Under the pieces are notes generated by a model. That model did no database searches and was not told the origin of the DNA. It saw only the letters and a list, made by a program, of their open reading frames with translations. Positions 1 through 10,211 of a stretch of 64,000 bases of DNA are shown here, piece after piece; position 1 is the first letter of the stretch; every line of letters starts with the position of its first letter. The translations under genes were made by a program, and so were the position numbers. The DNA is from Marsupella aquatica (taxonomy: Eukaryota; Plantae; Marchantiophyta): positions 12,299,832-12,363,831 of the forward strand of contig OZ316897.1 of the NCBI GenBank assembly GCA_973895155.1, read 5' to 3'.

Positions 1-1
1 C

Positions 2-1996
2 AGGTCGTGTCCTGGCGAACTTTGGCGTTTTCTTTTGGAGCTCCATGATGGCCAAGGAAGAACTCCGGCTCATGTTGCGCTCGACTCTGGGAGCTTGGAG
101 AGGTTTCTGTTAACACTTTCTGATGGTGATGATCCGAGGAACGTACTACATTGTGCAACTACGGCACTTGACGGAGCTTCGAGGACGCTTGCACACAGGG
201 CAGCTGCAATCGGTGCACTCGCCAATGGACTTGCCCTTCTTGTAAAATTCTCCCGTGGATTTCGTGAAGTCTCCACCACCTGCTATGCTACATCGAAGTT
301 TTCTGTGGCAGCAGCGGCGTTCCGCTCGAGGAAACCGTCAAAAGAGTTCAACGCTTATCTCACACTTGCCACTTCTATCATGGAGCTCTACACCCGTGAC
401 AATGGCTTCCGATTGCAACGAAGTCCCAAGCCCCTTCACGCAGCAATTCTTACTAAGAACTATGACTGTGCAAAGGTTCTGATGGAGTCGCTTGCATTTC
501 CCTGGAGCGATGTTCCCTATTATGAGGCTGTGTTTGAGGATGGGACTATGATCGAGCTGGACACAAAAAAATTTGCGTGTCTTGCAGGGGCTGATGTTGA
601 GCTCATCAACTCTATCAAGGTATGTCCAGACACCCTGAACACGAGGCCTTCATTTCAAAAGGCCTTCAAGATATGCAACTTGATATGTAAAAGAAGATAT
701 CTCAAATATTGGTTTGATCTGTTATTTCAGATAATTGATGATGAATTGATGGAAATTTTGAAATCCGATTTTCACAAATAGACAAGCTCATTGTATGAAA
801 CACAGAGTACTGTTCTACATAAGAAATTATGTGAGTTTTTTTGTTTCCTGCTAGGTGATGAACTATCGGATGTAGATTTGGATGACACAAATTTTCATGC
901 ATTTTGAAGCTGGGTTTTTGATTTGAGATGTGTGTATAAATCTTGACAGGCGCAGAATGTAGCAACATTGAAAGGGAGTCTGAAGCGGGTAATAGGGAAG
1001 GAATTTCCTACCCTTCATATTGTTGCATCTTCAGGGAATTATGAACTATTAGCATTTCTCATAGATGATCCTCAATGCAATCCCTTTGTTGAAGATGTTG
1101 AAGGTAACACGGCACTTCACCACGCTTTGGGGGCTAGAGAGTTCAAGTTTAGGCCATACTTCCTAGATTATGTAAGTTGTCAACATTTTCAAGAATGTCC
1201 ACTAAGGGCAGAAATGAAACGTCGGGAAAACTTACCATTGGATGATCAGAAGACTTGGGAGTTGCCATTGGAAGACAAGAAGACATGGGATGAAAACCGA
1301 ATTGTGGAGAGGCAGGGATGCATCAATCTATTGCTACAAGCAGGATGTGATGTTTTTAAAGTTAACAAAAAAAAACAAGTTCCATATCCCAAAGGAAGTT
1401 TGAGTCGCAATGCTAAATTCCGTTCTTGGTGGTATGAAAAACAAGAGAAAGAGTTTGCATCAATCCAGAACAATCTCAATTTTGCAGCGAATGCAATTTC
1501 TGTCACTGCAGCATTGGTTGCAACAACTTCTTACATTGGGCCATTGCAACCTCCTATGGGCTACATTGTGGATCCAACATCAACTTCAAATCAGATCCAA
1601 GATCAAAATTCTTGGGTTCTAAGCTTCATTGTTTGTGACACATTCTCATTTTACTTGGCAATTGCTGCCATCACGTTTTCCTTGATCCCCTCTCTTCCAA
1701 TGCCTCAACAATCCATGGCGGGTGAGCTACTCCGGACCCGGAGAATGGTGACACTGGCAGTTGCCATTCTATTCCCAGCAATCATTTTTGTATTTTTAGC
1801 ATTTGCTTCTAGTGCTTTTGCAGTAAAAAGTGCTAGTATCACTTCATCAACTGGTGGAAGTCTTATGATAGCTACTGCCACTGTTGGAGGCCTTATTTGC
1901 CTAGGAGGATTCTCTATGTTCTTCATGAGACTCCTAGCATTTTGTTTCCCAAGAAACACTTGGGTCAGATACTTCTATGATCATTCACCCATTTAG
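2..1996 (+). CDS. Ankyrin-repeat + PGG-domain multi-pass membrane protein (ACD6/ITN1-like); 5' end lies upstream of the window; exons <2-619 and 950-1996
   Basis: Ankyrin-type motifs GRTPAHVA, PLHAAI, TLHIVASSGNYELL and GNTALHHA. PGG-like segment 'AISVTAALVATTSYIGPLQPPMGY' is followed by about 4 hydrophobic helices. ORFs 35..781 and 968..1996 join in frame through a phase-0 GT-AG intron at 620-949 (aag|gtatgt...tgacag|gcg). Confidence 0.85.
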
Positions 1997-4900
1997 CTCT
2001 GCCTGGGTGCAAGAAGGCAAATAATTTACTGCAACTGCCTCTTTACTGGAGTTTCTCCTAAGTAAGTCAATCTGCCCATATGCGGTTTTGAGTATTGTTG
2101 TCATGGTCCAGGTACCTATAGGGCATCAATGAAGTTTTTCTATTGTGCAACACCTAAATCAGTGGAAGCATAATTGTTTGTTTGTTGTCTTTTATCAGTG
2201 ACAGCTAATTCAGTCCATTGTTTTGTACTCGTTCTCAAATCAGGTGATCCAAGTTGACTCACATCAAGCAAATTGCAAGTTCTGTGCCACCTTTGGAGAC
2301 TGCTTGACAAGTTTCTGCTAATCTATACATGCGGCTTCATTTCAGGAGTGAGGTACTTACTTGCCCTCTTTGTGTGTAAAAGTGCTCGAAACAGTCTATC
2401 ATTTCATTCCAAGCACTATGGGTTCTGTGATTGGATTTCACTTAAAATCATGGTTTGTCTTGTGTGGTTCTGTTCGCTTGCGCAGCTCTCTGGAGGTGTT
2501 GAGAATGCTAAGGTTTCTACTTATACAGGGGCTCTTGGCCTGGGAAGAGATGAAGAGCCTTCTTGAGGGTGGGAGACAGGGGAACTACGAATTTCCCCCA
2601 GTTGCGGCCAGTCTGTCGTTTATAATTAATCAGTGCTAGATAGACGATCTGTTTCCATGTTAACTATTTTGGAGATCGTCTATATGAATAGTTACCTTAT
2701 TTGATGCTCCACCTAGAAACTAGAACTAGAAATTGTCTCTCGCTGCAACTTGCTTTGTGTAGAACCGTAAAGTGGGCCTCTCGTACGCCTCTAATGGCGC
2801 CAAAGCTTTCACGGCCGGGACCGGTATTTAATTGCTTAGAAAGACCAATGTTTGGGAAGGTCACTAGGTCTTCAAATTGTCAAATCTTTGGGCATGATTA
2901 TGCATTGCCTGGCTCTAGCAGAAGTGAGGTTTTTCTTAATGCTATTGATCCCAAAATGATTCTATGTGACTTGCCCTTTTGATGCATTTTACATAGGAAA
3001 TTGTATGTTCAGTTCACGTATCTCGATTACTTATCTTCAGATGAAGCTGCAAGAAAACAACTCTATTTGTGTGTTCTGAGGACTGATTTAGGTTACTTCA
3101 TTACTGTGCCCACCAGGAAACAACAACACTACCGGGCTTAGAACGTCCACACTATCCACTTACATTGAAAATTGGAGTTGCAGCAGGAATCTCCTACGAG
3201 AGCATCACTAGGAGAAGACGATCAGACCCGAACTTTCAAGCATAGTTGATACCATTTGTGTACGGAGTCAGAGATGGCCTATTTAGAAACCAGGTCTGTT
3301 TTTTGTAAAATTTTGCTCTGGTGCGCGACTGTCACGAACGCCACCCTGGTGTCTTTAATTGCCGTAAAGCAATGTGGCGAAATCTATGACACAGGTAGAA
3401 GGCGAGACAATATAGTTGAAGGGAAGCCAATGTTTAGTTTCATTAGAAGGAGTTTGGATTTAATGGAAGCGCAGGAAACGAAGAGTTCTCCAATCGGTGT
3501 ATTGTTCCTATTTTTGTGAAATAAAGACAGATTTTTCCTTGTTAAGCACGTCCAAAAAATTTCAAATTATTGTCCTCCCAGTTCTTTCCTTGCTCACCTG
3601 CATGGAGAAGGCGATCATAAATTATGTTCTGCAAGTGCCGTAACCTGTTGGGCTTTCGAATAACATTGGCAGATACTGTACTGAAAAACATTTTTTTGAT
3701 TCCGATACTGTACTGATATTTTGACCCACGGGCGCGAGTTTTTGGTCGCTGGTATGAGAAATAAAGAACAACGTATCATCAATTGAATCCAATGCTTGCA
3801 CATTCTTCACAATCCGTTGGCCAAGATGAATCTTCGCGAAGCCAATAATTACTTGGAAACTTCCAATTCAGTGTCAAGTTTGTCAAACGCAACTGAAAGA
3901 GAGAATCTATTTAATAACGATTGTTAGTACTTTGCCGCCCTGAAGACTAGGTAGAATGATGCTGCTACCTTACCGTAGGGCACTTCGTCACCCATCTCCT
4001 TTTAGATTCCACCGGGCCCAATCATCCTAAGAACCCGTGACCTTTTCGGTCATCAGTCGTGACTTGCGAGGCCCTACAGTAACTTGGCAAGTTGTCTCAG
4101 GAGCCCACCATTCTAGCGTTTTTAATTGTGGGGTGCCGCGCTTCTTATTAACGTGTTGACAGAGGTACATGCAAGACGATAGGATAATTCCAGTTGTAAT
4201 TACCGGGCCCAACTGGAATTATGGCAAGTTGTGACGAAACCCCACCACTCTTCTAACTTGCATGGAAGTCAGGTGTGCATCTATGTGCCACGTTTAGCAG
4301 CTCCTGCAATTCGGCCAAATTAGCTTGGAAAGTGGTTTCTTGTACTTGTCAGAAGGTTTCCGTTCAAGAAAAAACAAATTAAAATCGGGCTGGACAGGTA
4401 CACCTTACTACTGGATTATTAATGACATCGGTAGAGATGTACTCTCTGCACTTCTGCCGTTTCCCAAGCTGGCCGGAACCTCTATGCGATGTACAGTTTT
4501 GTAGGGCGCCTGCAAGTCTGGAACTACTGTTCGGGAGCACAATCAGGAAGGACAGGTCCTTCGTGAGCTCGTGAATAGCTCGGTCAACAACATCGGTTCG
4601 AATATTATTTTGTCGTTCACATCGAATCTACTACTAGAAGTGTACTTCTACACCATCCAGACATACCCTCCTCTATCACTGTTGTGACCAGCTATTCTCA
4701 TCAGAAATAGAGAAGTCTCTTATTATGATCACAAAATGGAAAGAGTCCCTGAAGTTCTGAAGTTTTGAAGTTGAGGAATAGTTATTTCTGTTGGTTGCAA
4801 ATCGGGCAACTTACTGCCGCTTTACTCTTTTGATCGCCTTTGTCACTGAACCCCAAATCGGGTATTGTTCTGCAACAAAGGCATCACGGGCTTCGAGAGA

Positions 4901-6320
4901 CGGGACTGTGGCTTCGCTAGTCCAATGAGTGTAAAGTGAGTCTATCTAAAAGGCAGCCTGAGAAGTTATCTGAATCAAGCAACGGGTATTTCACATTGAT
5001 CTCTTCAATAAACAGAAGCAAAGTCTCTAAAGCTTGCGCGTCAGTTGTGCCTTAGGTTGTATATACAGGCATATCAGCAAGGAAATGTGCTTAGTACAAC
5101 ATCCATGGCTCATCCATGGCCAAAATCAATTCGCAAAGACTACGAAAGGTTCCATGACACATCCACTCCTTGTGCAGTGACTTCCTATACGGCCACCATG
5201 TGCTTGGTTGTAGGCGTGAACTCATTCCCAGTTGAATGCTGCTGCCAGTGTTCAGGCAAGCTTTGGTTTTTCAACGTGACTGGATGAAAACCCGGATGAA
5301 ATTTCCTCGAGTATCTTGCTCGTTCAGGTAAGTCATCTTGTCTATGCTGAATGTTTAATCTGTCTTGCGAATCTGAATTCTTAAGGAGGACGCGGCCTGT
5401 GGATTGGGTCGTCATCCTCTCGATCTATAGATTCTATTTACATCCTGTGTCCTAGGTAGAACCGTCATGAGTAAACTTTGATAGTTCGGTTTGATTAATG
5501 TTTCCCCCATCACCAACTGCACCTCCACTAAGCTCTCAGCATTCCCCTGAAGAATTTTAGCTTTCAATTTCCCATTTTCACCGCTGATTTGGTTGATCAT
5601 CCTGTGCGGCAGAAACTATGCTGGGATCAGGATTCTTCCATTTCAGCTTACTCAAAACGGCAAAGACATGCGATTGGCTACTTTCTCTGTAATCAGACAA
5701 GTCTCCCTCTGTCGTAGGATTGAATATATTAATAACTGCTGCGTAGTAGGTCAATTTTCAATCGATCATTCACACTATCCGCGGTTGAAACAATTCCTTG
5801 TCTACACTATCAATGCTGCTAGCCCGAACTTTTGTCGTCTTTTTCAGTCAGATCCAAACGTCTTCACGAATGCAGTGTCGAAGGTCTGTCTCACGCAAAC
5901 GAAGAGTCCAGCGTTTGCCGGAAGTCAAAAGCGTTGGAAACACGACATCAATGACGATTACACTGACTTGCATTATCCAATCGAGCTGGCTTCAGGCGCT
6001 ACTGGTGGTTCTGTACTCTCCTCAACAGTTTGGGGAGAAAAGGCCTGCTCAGGTCCAATCATCATTGGCAACAGTCGGGGATTCGAGAGGCATCGAGCTG
6101 AATCAATTTGCTCTAGCTGTTTCACCATTCTGCAGGATAAAAAAAGCCTGGTGGGAGGTTCTATCACCAAGTACCCAGGACCATCGGTGATTTGAGTGCG
6201 GCAATTGACTGGCTGGATCAAACTGATCCGCTTGAATTTCCTGGGACCAATTGACGACAGAGCTGCTTGTGCGATTTAGAGGAAGGAACCTGTCGGAGGG
6301 TACGATATCGGGTTAATCCA

Positions 6321-9300
6321 ATGGATCGAAGAGAGGGCGCGAATGGAGTGACGGGTGGAGAGTCTTCGCAAGAAGACTCGCAGGGAACAGGAGGGGAACA
6401 CTTTCGTGACTCCGATGATAAAACTGGATCGGGGCAGCAGGCTGGGCGTCAAGACGTCGCGCCTGAGGCGGCTAGCACTGGCAGCAGCAGTCGGATCTAC
6501 ATTATAAGTATGGAGGAACTACGCGACGCCATCAAGGGCGGCAATCTGTCGCAAGTGGCAGTCATCGACCTAGACCTCCAGGATATTGGGAGTGGACACT
6601 TCACCCTTGCCGAGGCTCTGGCATCTGGTCAAATGTCTGCATTGGAGGTTTTGTCGCTTGCGAGAACCGGGTTAGAGGCCGATCGTAGTGAGGCAATCAG
6701 CAATGCTCTGGCTTCAGCAAAATTTCCATCTTTGAGAGAACTTTACTTTAATTCGAACGCGGTAGGAACCAAAGGCGTCGAAGCTCTTGGACGTGCAATT
6801 CAATCCGGTAATTTGGAGAAGTTGACCCATCTCAATCTCTGGCGGACTGGCATCAATGACGATGACATGGCTACGCTGGCAACCGCCTTCCAATATGGCG
6901 ACGTCACCGTCATGCCAAATTTAGAAAGTTTGTTTGTTAGCGGCAATCGTTTCACAAATGTGGGCCTGCTGTCGTTAGTCGAGGCCCTTAAATCTGGTCG
7001 CCTTGATTCACTGGAGTTCCTTTATATTCTACAACCAAACCCTTCTGAAGAACGCGCCACTGCTGTAGTGTCTGCTTTCGCCCTAAACAAGTCTCTCACT
7101 GTCCAAGTTTTCTCTTGGTTCATGTTTCCAGAATTGGAACGCCAATATGAGCAACTAAGGAAGCGCAATACCAGATACAAGGATATTTTAGCGGGGTTGT
7201 CGGGCTCTTCCATGGTCCCAGCTGCCTTTGGAAAGATTTATCTATGCGGAGATCCAAAGATGGGGAAGACAACACTTTGTCATACATTGAAGAGGACACC
7301 TTGGCAATCACTAGCGACATGGGAAAGGAGGCCTCACGTGGAGACTCGCACAAGAGGCATTGATGTCTCCAAAATAGGCAGCAAAGGTAGCAAGAGAAAA
7401 GATCAAAACCCAATAACACTCCTCGTTTGGGACATGGCGGGACAGAAAGATTATCATTTGGTGCACAATGCCTTCTTTCCGGCTTTAAGTGTCTCCGACG
7501 GGAAGACTACCATCTCTCAAGGAGCAGCTACCATATTTGTCATTGTTTGCAACTCCAGTTGTACACCAGATGAGGTCGAGAAACAACTTGATTACTGGTT
7601 ACGTTACATTGCATCGAGCTCCCACGAGGCAGCCAAACAAATCCGACATGTCTTTGTTGTCCTGAACAACATGGGCGGAGTTAAAGAAGTACAGAGAAAC
7701 TGCCAATATTGGGAAGTGCTGCTTCAGGAAAAGAGGGATAAGTTTACTGGCCTTTTGGATGTTCGGACTGATCCCTTTATAGTGGATGTTAGAAGAAGAC
7801 GGAAACTCAATCGTCTTAAAACATGTCTCTTAGAACATTCCAGAACATTCCTCCAAAAACAGACTGTTCCCGAGGTCTGTGATGTCATCCAAAGGAGCCT
7901 TCCTCGTATGGCAAGGAAGGAGTTCCCTGTGCTGGGTTGGGAAGAATTCATGCAGAAGGAGCTATTACGTGAGTGGCCGGAGCAAACAATTCTATCAGCA
8001 ACTAAATATCTGGACGAAGCTGGAGTCGTAATATACGTTGAAAAGAGTTTTCCTGGTCAATGGGGCATACCTTCTCCAAGGCTTATTATCCTTAATCCGA
8101 ACTGGTTTTGCAAGAAAATCATAGGAGATATGTTCCTTTCTGAAGATATGGTCAAGCATACAGAGGGCGACCGTATCTTTAGAAAAGCCCTGGATGCAAC
8201 CACAGGTTCTATTTCAATGTCTGCTTTCAAGACGTTCTTCACAGCTAGATGGGGTACCAAAGAATGTGAAGATTTGATTGCTATCTTGCTATGGTTGGGA
8301 TTGTGCTACAAGGGTAACGAGGACAAAGTGTTTATACCTTCTCTCATTGATGGGAATTTGGAACCTGGAGATGCGTGGCAATCTCAGAGCAAACATGAGG
8401 ATGGAGAGGAGCAGTGGGTGATGGGTTTCTCTATTCAGCACCAAGAAAATGAGATGACTCTAGCACCAATGTCTTTGTGGCATAGATTTCAGGTTCAGCT
8501 TGCGCAGAGCCCAGAGTTCAACAATGGAAATGAGAATGACTTTGTTGCCGGCAAGTATTCCATGATGTTCACAGTGGATTACATGAACGTAAGGATTGAG
8601 GTTAACGCTGGAAAGGACTCTCCCACATTTGATGAGATCAACATTTTTGTGAAGCCGTTCAAGAAAGACCAAATGGATATAATGCAAAGGAAACAATGCC
8701 AAGTGAATCTAGCTGACGACCTTGTCAATATACTCCTGGACCTGTGGAATGAGATTTGTGGAGGAGTTAAATACGTGCAGAAAGTTGTTTGGCCTTGGCC
8801 AGTCTCCCAGTCTAGACCAGTGTACAAGAAGGACAGAAATGCGGAAGTAGCTGAAGTGAAAAAGTGGGTGCTCATGCACGGCATGGGAAGAAAAATGCAC
8901 TGGCTTGTGGGCCGTGACTCTGCAATAACTGAAGATCAGCTGCTGGCCACAAAGGAAAAACTGCGTGTGATGATAATGTCAGCAAAGAACGACCTCGATG
9001 TTTTGAGGCAAGGAATGCAGGAAGCTGTCAACATGGGAATCTATCCACCCGAGTTGACTGAAGAATCAGAGATCTCAATAGATGGGAACAAGGTCGAGGA
9101 GGCAGCACTGGTATCGGATGGGTTTGAAATGGCCAATCCACCTACACGCCCAACTGCTAAGAAGATGCAAAGACTATCAAGTGCCAAGAAGATGCAAAGA
9201 TTATCAACTGTGAACAGGAACCTGCACAATATGGATCAAAAGCTGGATAAGAATATGAACAACCAGGATAACATCTATAAGAAGGTGAAGAATGTTGATA

Positions 9301-10211
9301 GGATGCTTGGGGAGACATTTGCAGAGGTTTTGAGGCAAGGAATGCAGGAAGCTGTATATCTGGGAAGCTATCCAACCAGGTTGAGTAAGGTGACTGAGGA
9401 ATCAGAGGTCTCATTAGATGGAAACAAAATGGAGGACGCAACACTGGGATCTGATCGGATTCTCAACAAGCTGGAGAATGTTGAAATGATGCTTAGGGAT
9501 GAATTTGCAGAGGTTCTGAATGAGAGAAAAATGCTGTTTCGTAAGCTGCAAGACTCAGATAGATTTTTCAAAGAAGATACGGACAGAACCTGCCCAAACC
9601 TCCTCTATCTGGGGAAATCAGGGGCAAGAGGTTCTGGCGTAAGGGCTACATTGAGGGAGTCTATGTCACCAACGGTGAATGTTCGTTTGCAATTTGCATG
9701 TGAGGCCATGTACGGTAGTTACATACCGCATCAAGTCGAGGATCAGCAAGGGCACGTTGTTTCTGAGCCAAATGCATCCCTTAAAATCGTACCGTGGCTC
9801 AAAGTGTCGCTAGCAGTTCTCCTAATCTCTGCAAAAATTGCAAAGAGTGTTGTGGCAACTGGGGCGGGTTTGCTACTGCCCGACTTCCAGGAATTGCAGC
9901 AAGGCAAATCACTGTTAGATGGAATCGTCTGGGCCACCGGTTACTCAATGCCAGACTTAGATGCCCTGATGACTGACGGCATGGCACTTGATCCTAGTGA
10001 TCCCCCTTTGAACCCTCGCGATGTTTATGGAAAGAGTAGAGCAGCCATCGCTAATTTGATAGGAAAGTTGTCACAAGAAGCCTGTGAAGAGAAATTCGGA
10101 CTCAGAAAGGTGTGTTTGGCAGACACCGATGGTTGTCGTGATCTCGTTGTTTGGATCTGCGCCGAGTGTCATGAGAAGTTCAGGGAGTCCAAGCTGGTTA
10201 TTGACATGTAA
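6321..10211 (+). CDS. TORNADO1-like LRR-Roc-COR (ROCO) GTPase, intronless, about 1296 aa
   Basis: RNI-type LRRs (LEVLSLARTGL, LRELYFNSNAVG, LTHLNLWRTGI, LESLFVSGNRF). Roc motifs GDPKMGKTT, TRGID and WDMAGQ. COR motifs (YLDEAGVVIY, LIILNPNWFC, VFIPSLI). TRN1-like C-terminus (RLQFACE...PHQVEDQQG...FGLRKV...WICAECH). First ATG is at 6321; the ORF track starts at TTG 6267. Confidence 0.88.
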   Translation: MDRREGANGVTGGESSQEDSQGTGGEHFRDSDDKTGSGQQAGRQDVAPEAASTGSSSRIYIISMEELRDAIKGGNLSQVAVIDLDLQDIGSGHFTLAEALASGQMSALEVLSLARTGLEADRSEAISNALASAKFPSLRELYFNSNAVGTKGVEALGRAIQSGNLEKLTHLNLWRTGINDDDMATLATAFQYGDVTVMPNLESLFVSGNRFTNVGLLSLVEALKSGRLDSLEFLYILQPNPSEERATAVVSAFALNKSLTVQVFSWFMFPELERQYEQLRKRNTRYKDILAGLSGSSMVPAAFGKIYLCGDPKMGKTTLCHTLKRTPWQSLATWERRPHVETRTRGIDVSKIGSKGSKRKDQNPITLLVWDMAGQKDYHLVHNAFFPALSVSDGKTTISQGAATIFVIVCNSSCTPDEVEKQLDYWLRYIASSSHEAAKQIRHVFVVLNNMGGVKEVQRNCQYWEVLLQEKRDKFTGLLDVRTDPFIVDVRRRRKLNRLKTCLLEHSRTFLQKQTVPEVCDVIQRSLPRMARKEFPVLGWEEFMQKELLREWPEQTILSATKYLDEAGVVIYVEKSFPGQWGIPSPRLIILNPNWFCKKIIGDMFLSEDMVKHTEGDRIFRKALDATTGSISMSAFKTFFTARWGTKECEDLIAILLWLGLCYKGNEDKVFIPSLIDGNLEPGDAWQSQSKHEDGEEQWVMGFSIQHQENEMTLAPMSLWHRFQVQLAQSPEFNNGNENDFVAGKYSMMFTVDYMNVRIEVNAGKDSPTFDEINIFVKPFKKDQMDIMQRKQCQVNLADDLVNILLDLWNEICGGVKYVQKVVWPWPVSQSRPVYKKDRNAEVAEVKKWVLMHGMGRKMHWLVGRDSAITEDQLLATKEKLRVMIMSAKNDLDVLRQGMQEAVNMGIYPPELTEESEISIDGNKVEEAALVSDGFEMANPPTRPTAKKMQRLSSAKKMQRLSTVNRNLHNMDQKLDKNMNNQDNIYKKVKNVDRMLGETFAEVLRQGMQEAVYLGSYPTRLSKVTEESEVSLDGNKMEDATLGSDRILNKLENVEMMLRDEFAEVLNERKMLFRKLQDSDRFFKEDTDRTCPNLLYLGKSGARGSGVRATLRESMSPTVNVRLQFACEAMYGSYIPHQVEDQQGHVVSEPNASLKIVPWLKVSLAVLLISAKIAKSVVATGAGLLLPDFQELQQGKSLLDGIVWATGYSMPDLDALMTDGMALDPSDPPLNPRDVYGKSRAAIANLIGKLSQEACEEKFGLRKVCLADTDGCRDLVVWICAECHEKFRESKLVIDM
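9000..9518 (+). repeat. In-frame internal duplication within the ROCO CDS, plus a 27-nt tandem repeat
   Basis: gttttgaggcaaggaatgcaggaagctgt occurs at 9000 and 9327 (VLRQGMQEAV...EESE.S.DGNK twice). KVKNVDRMLGETFAEVL matches KLENVEMMLRDEFAEVL. AKKMQRLS occurs twice at 9156-9209. Confidence 0.9.

Noticed and set aside
5593-6195. 200-aa ORF upstream of the ROCO gene
   Set aside because: Non-ATG start and no recognisable motif; probably promoter or 5' UTR DNA.
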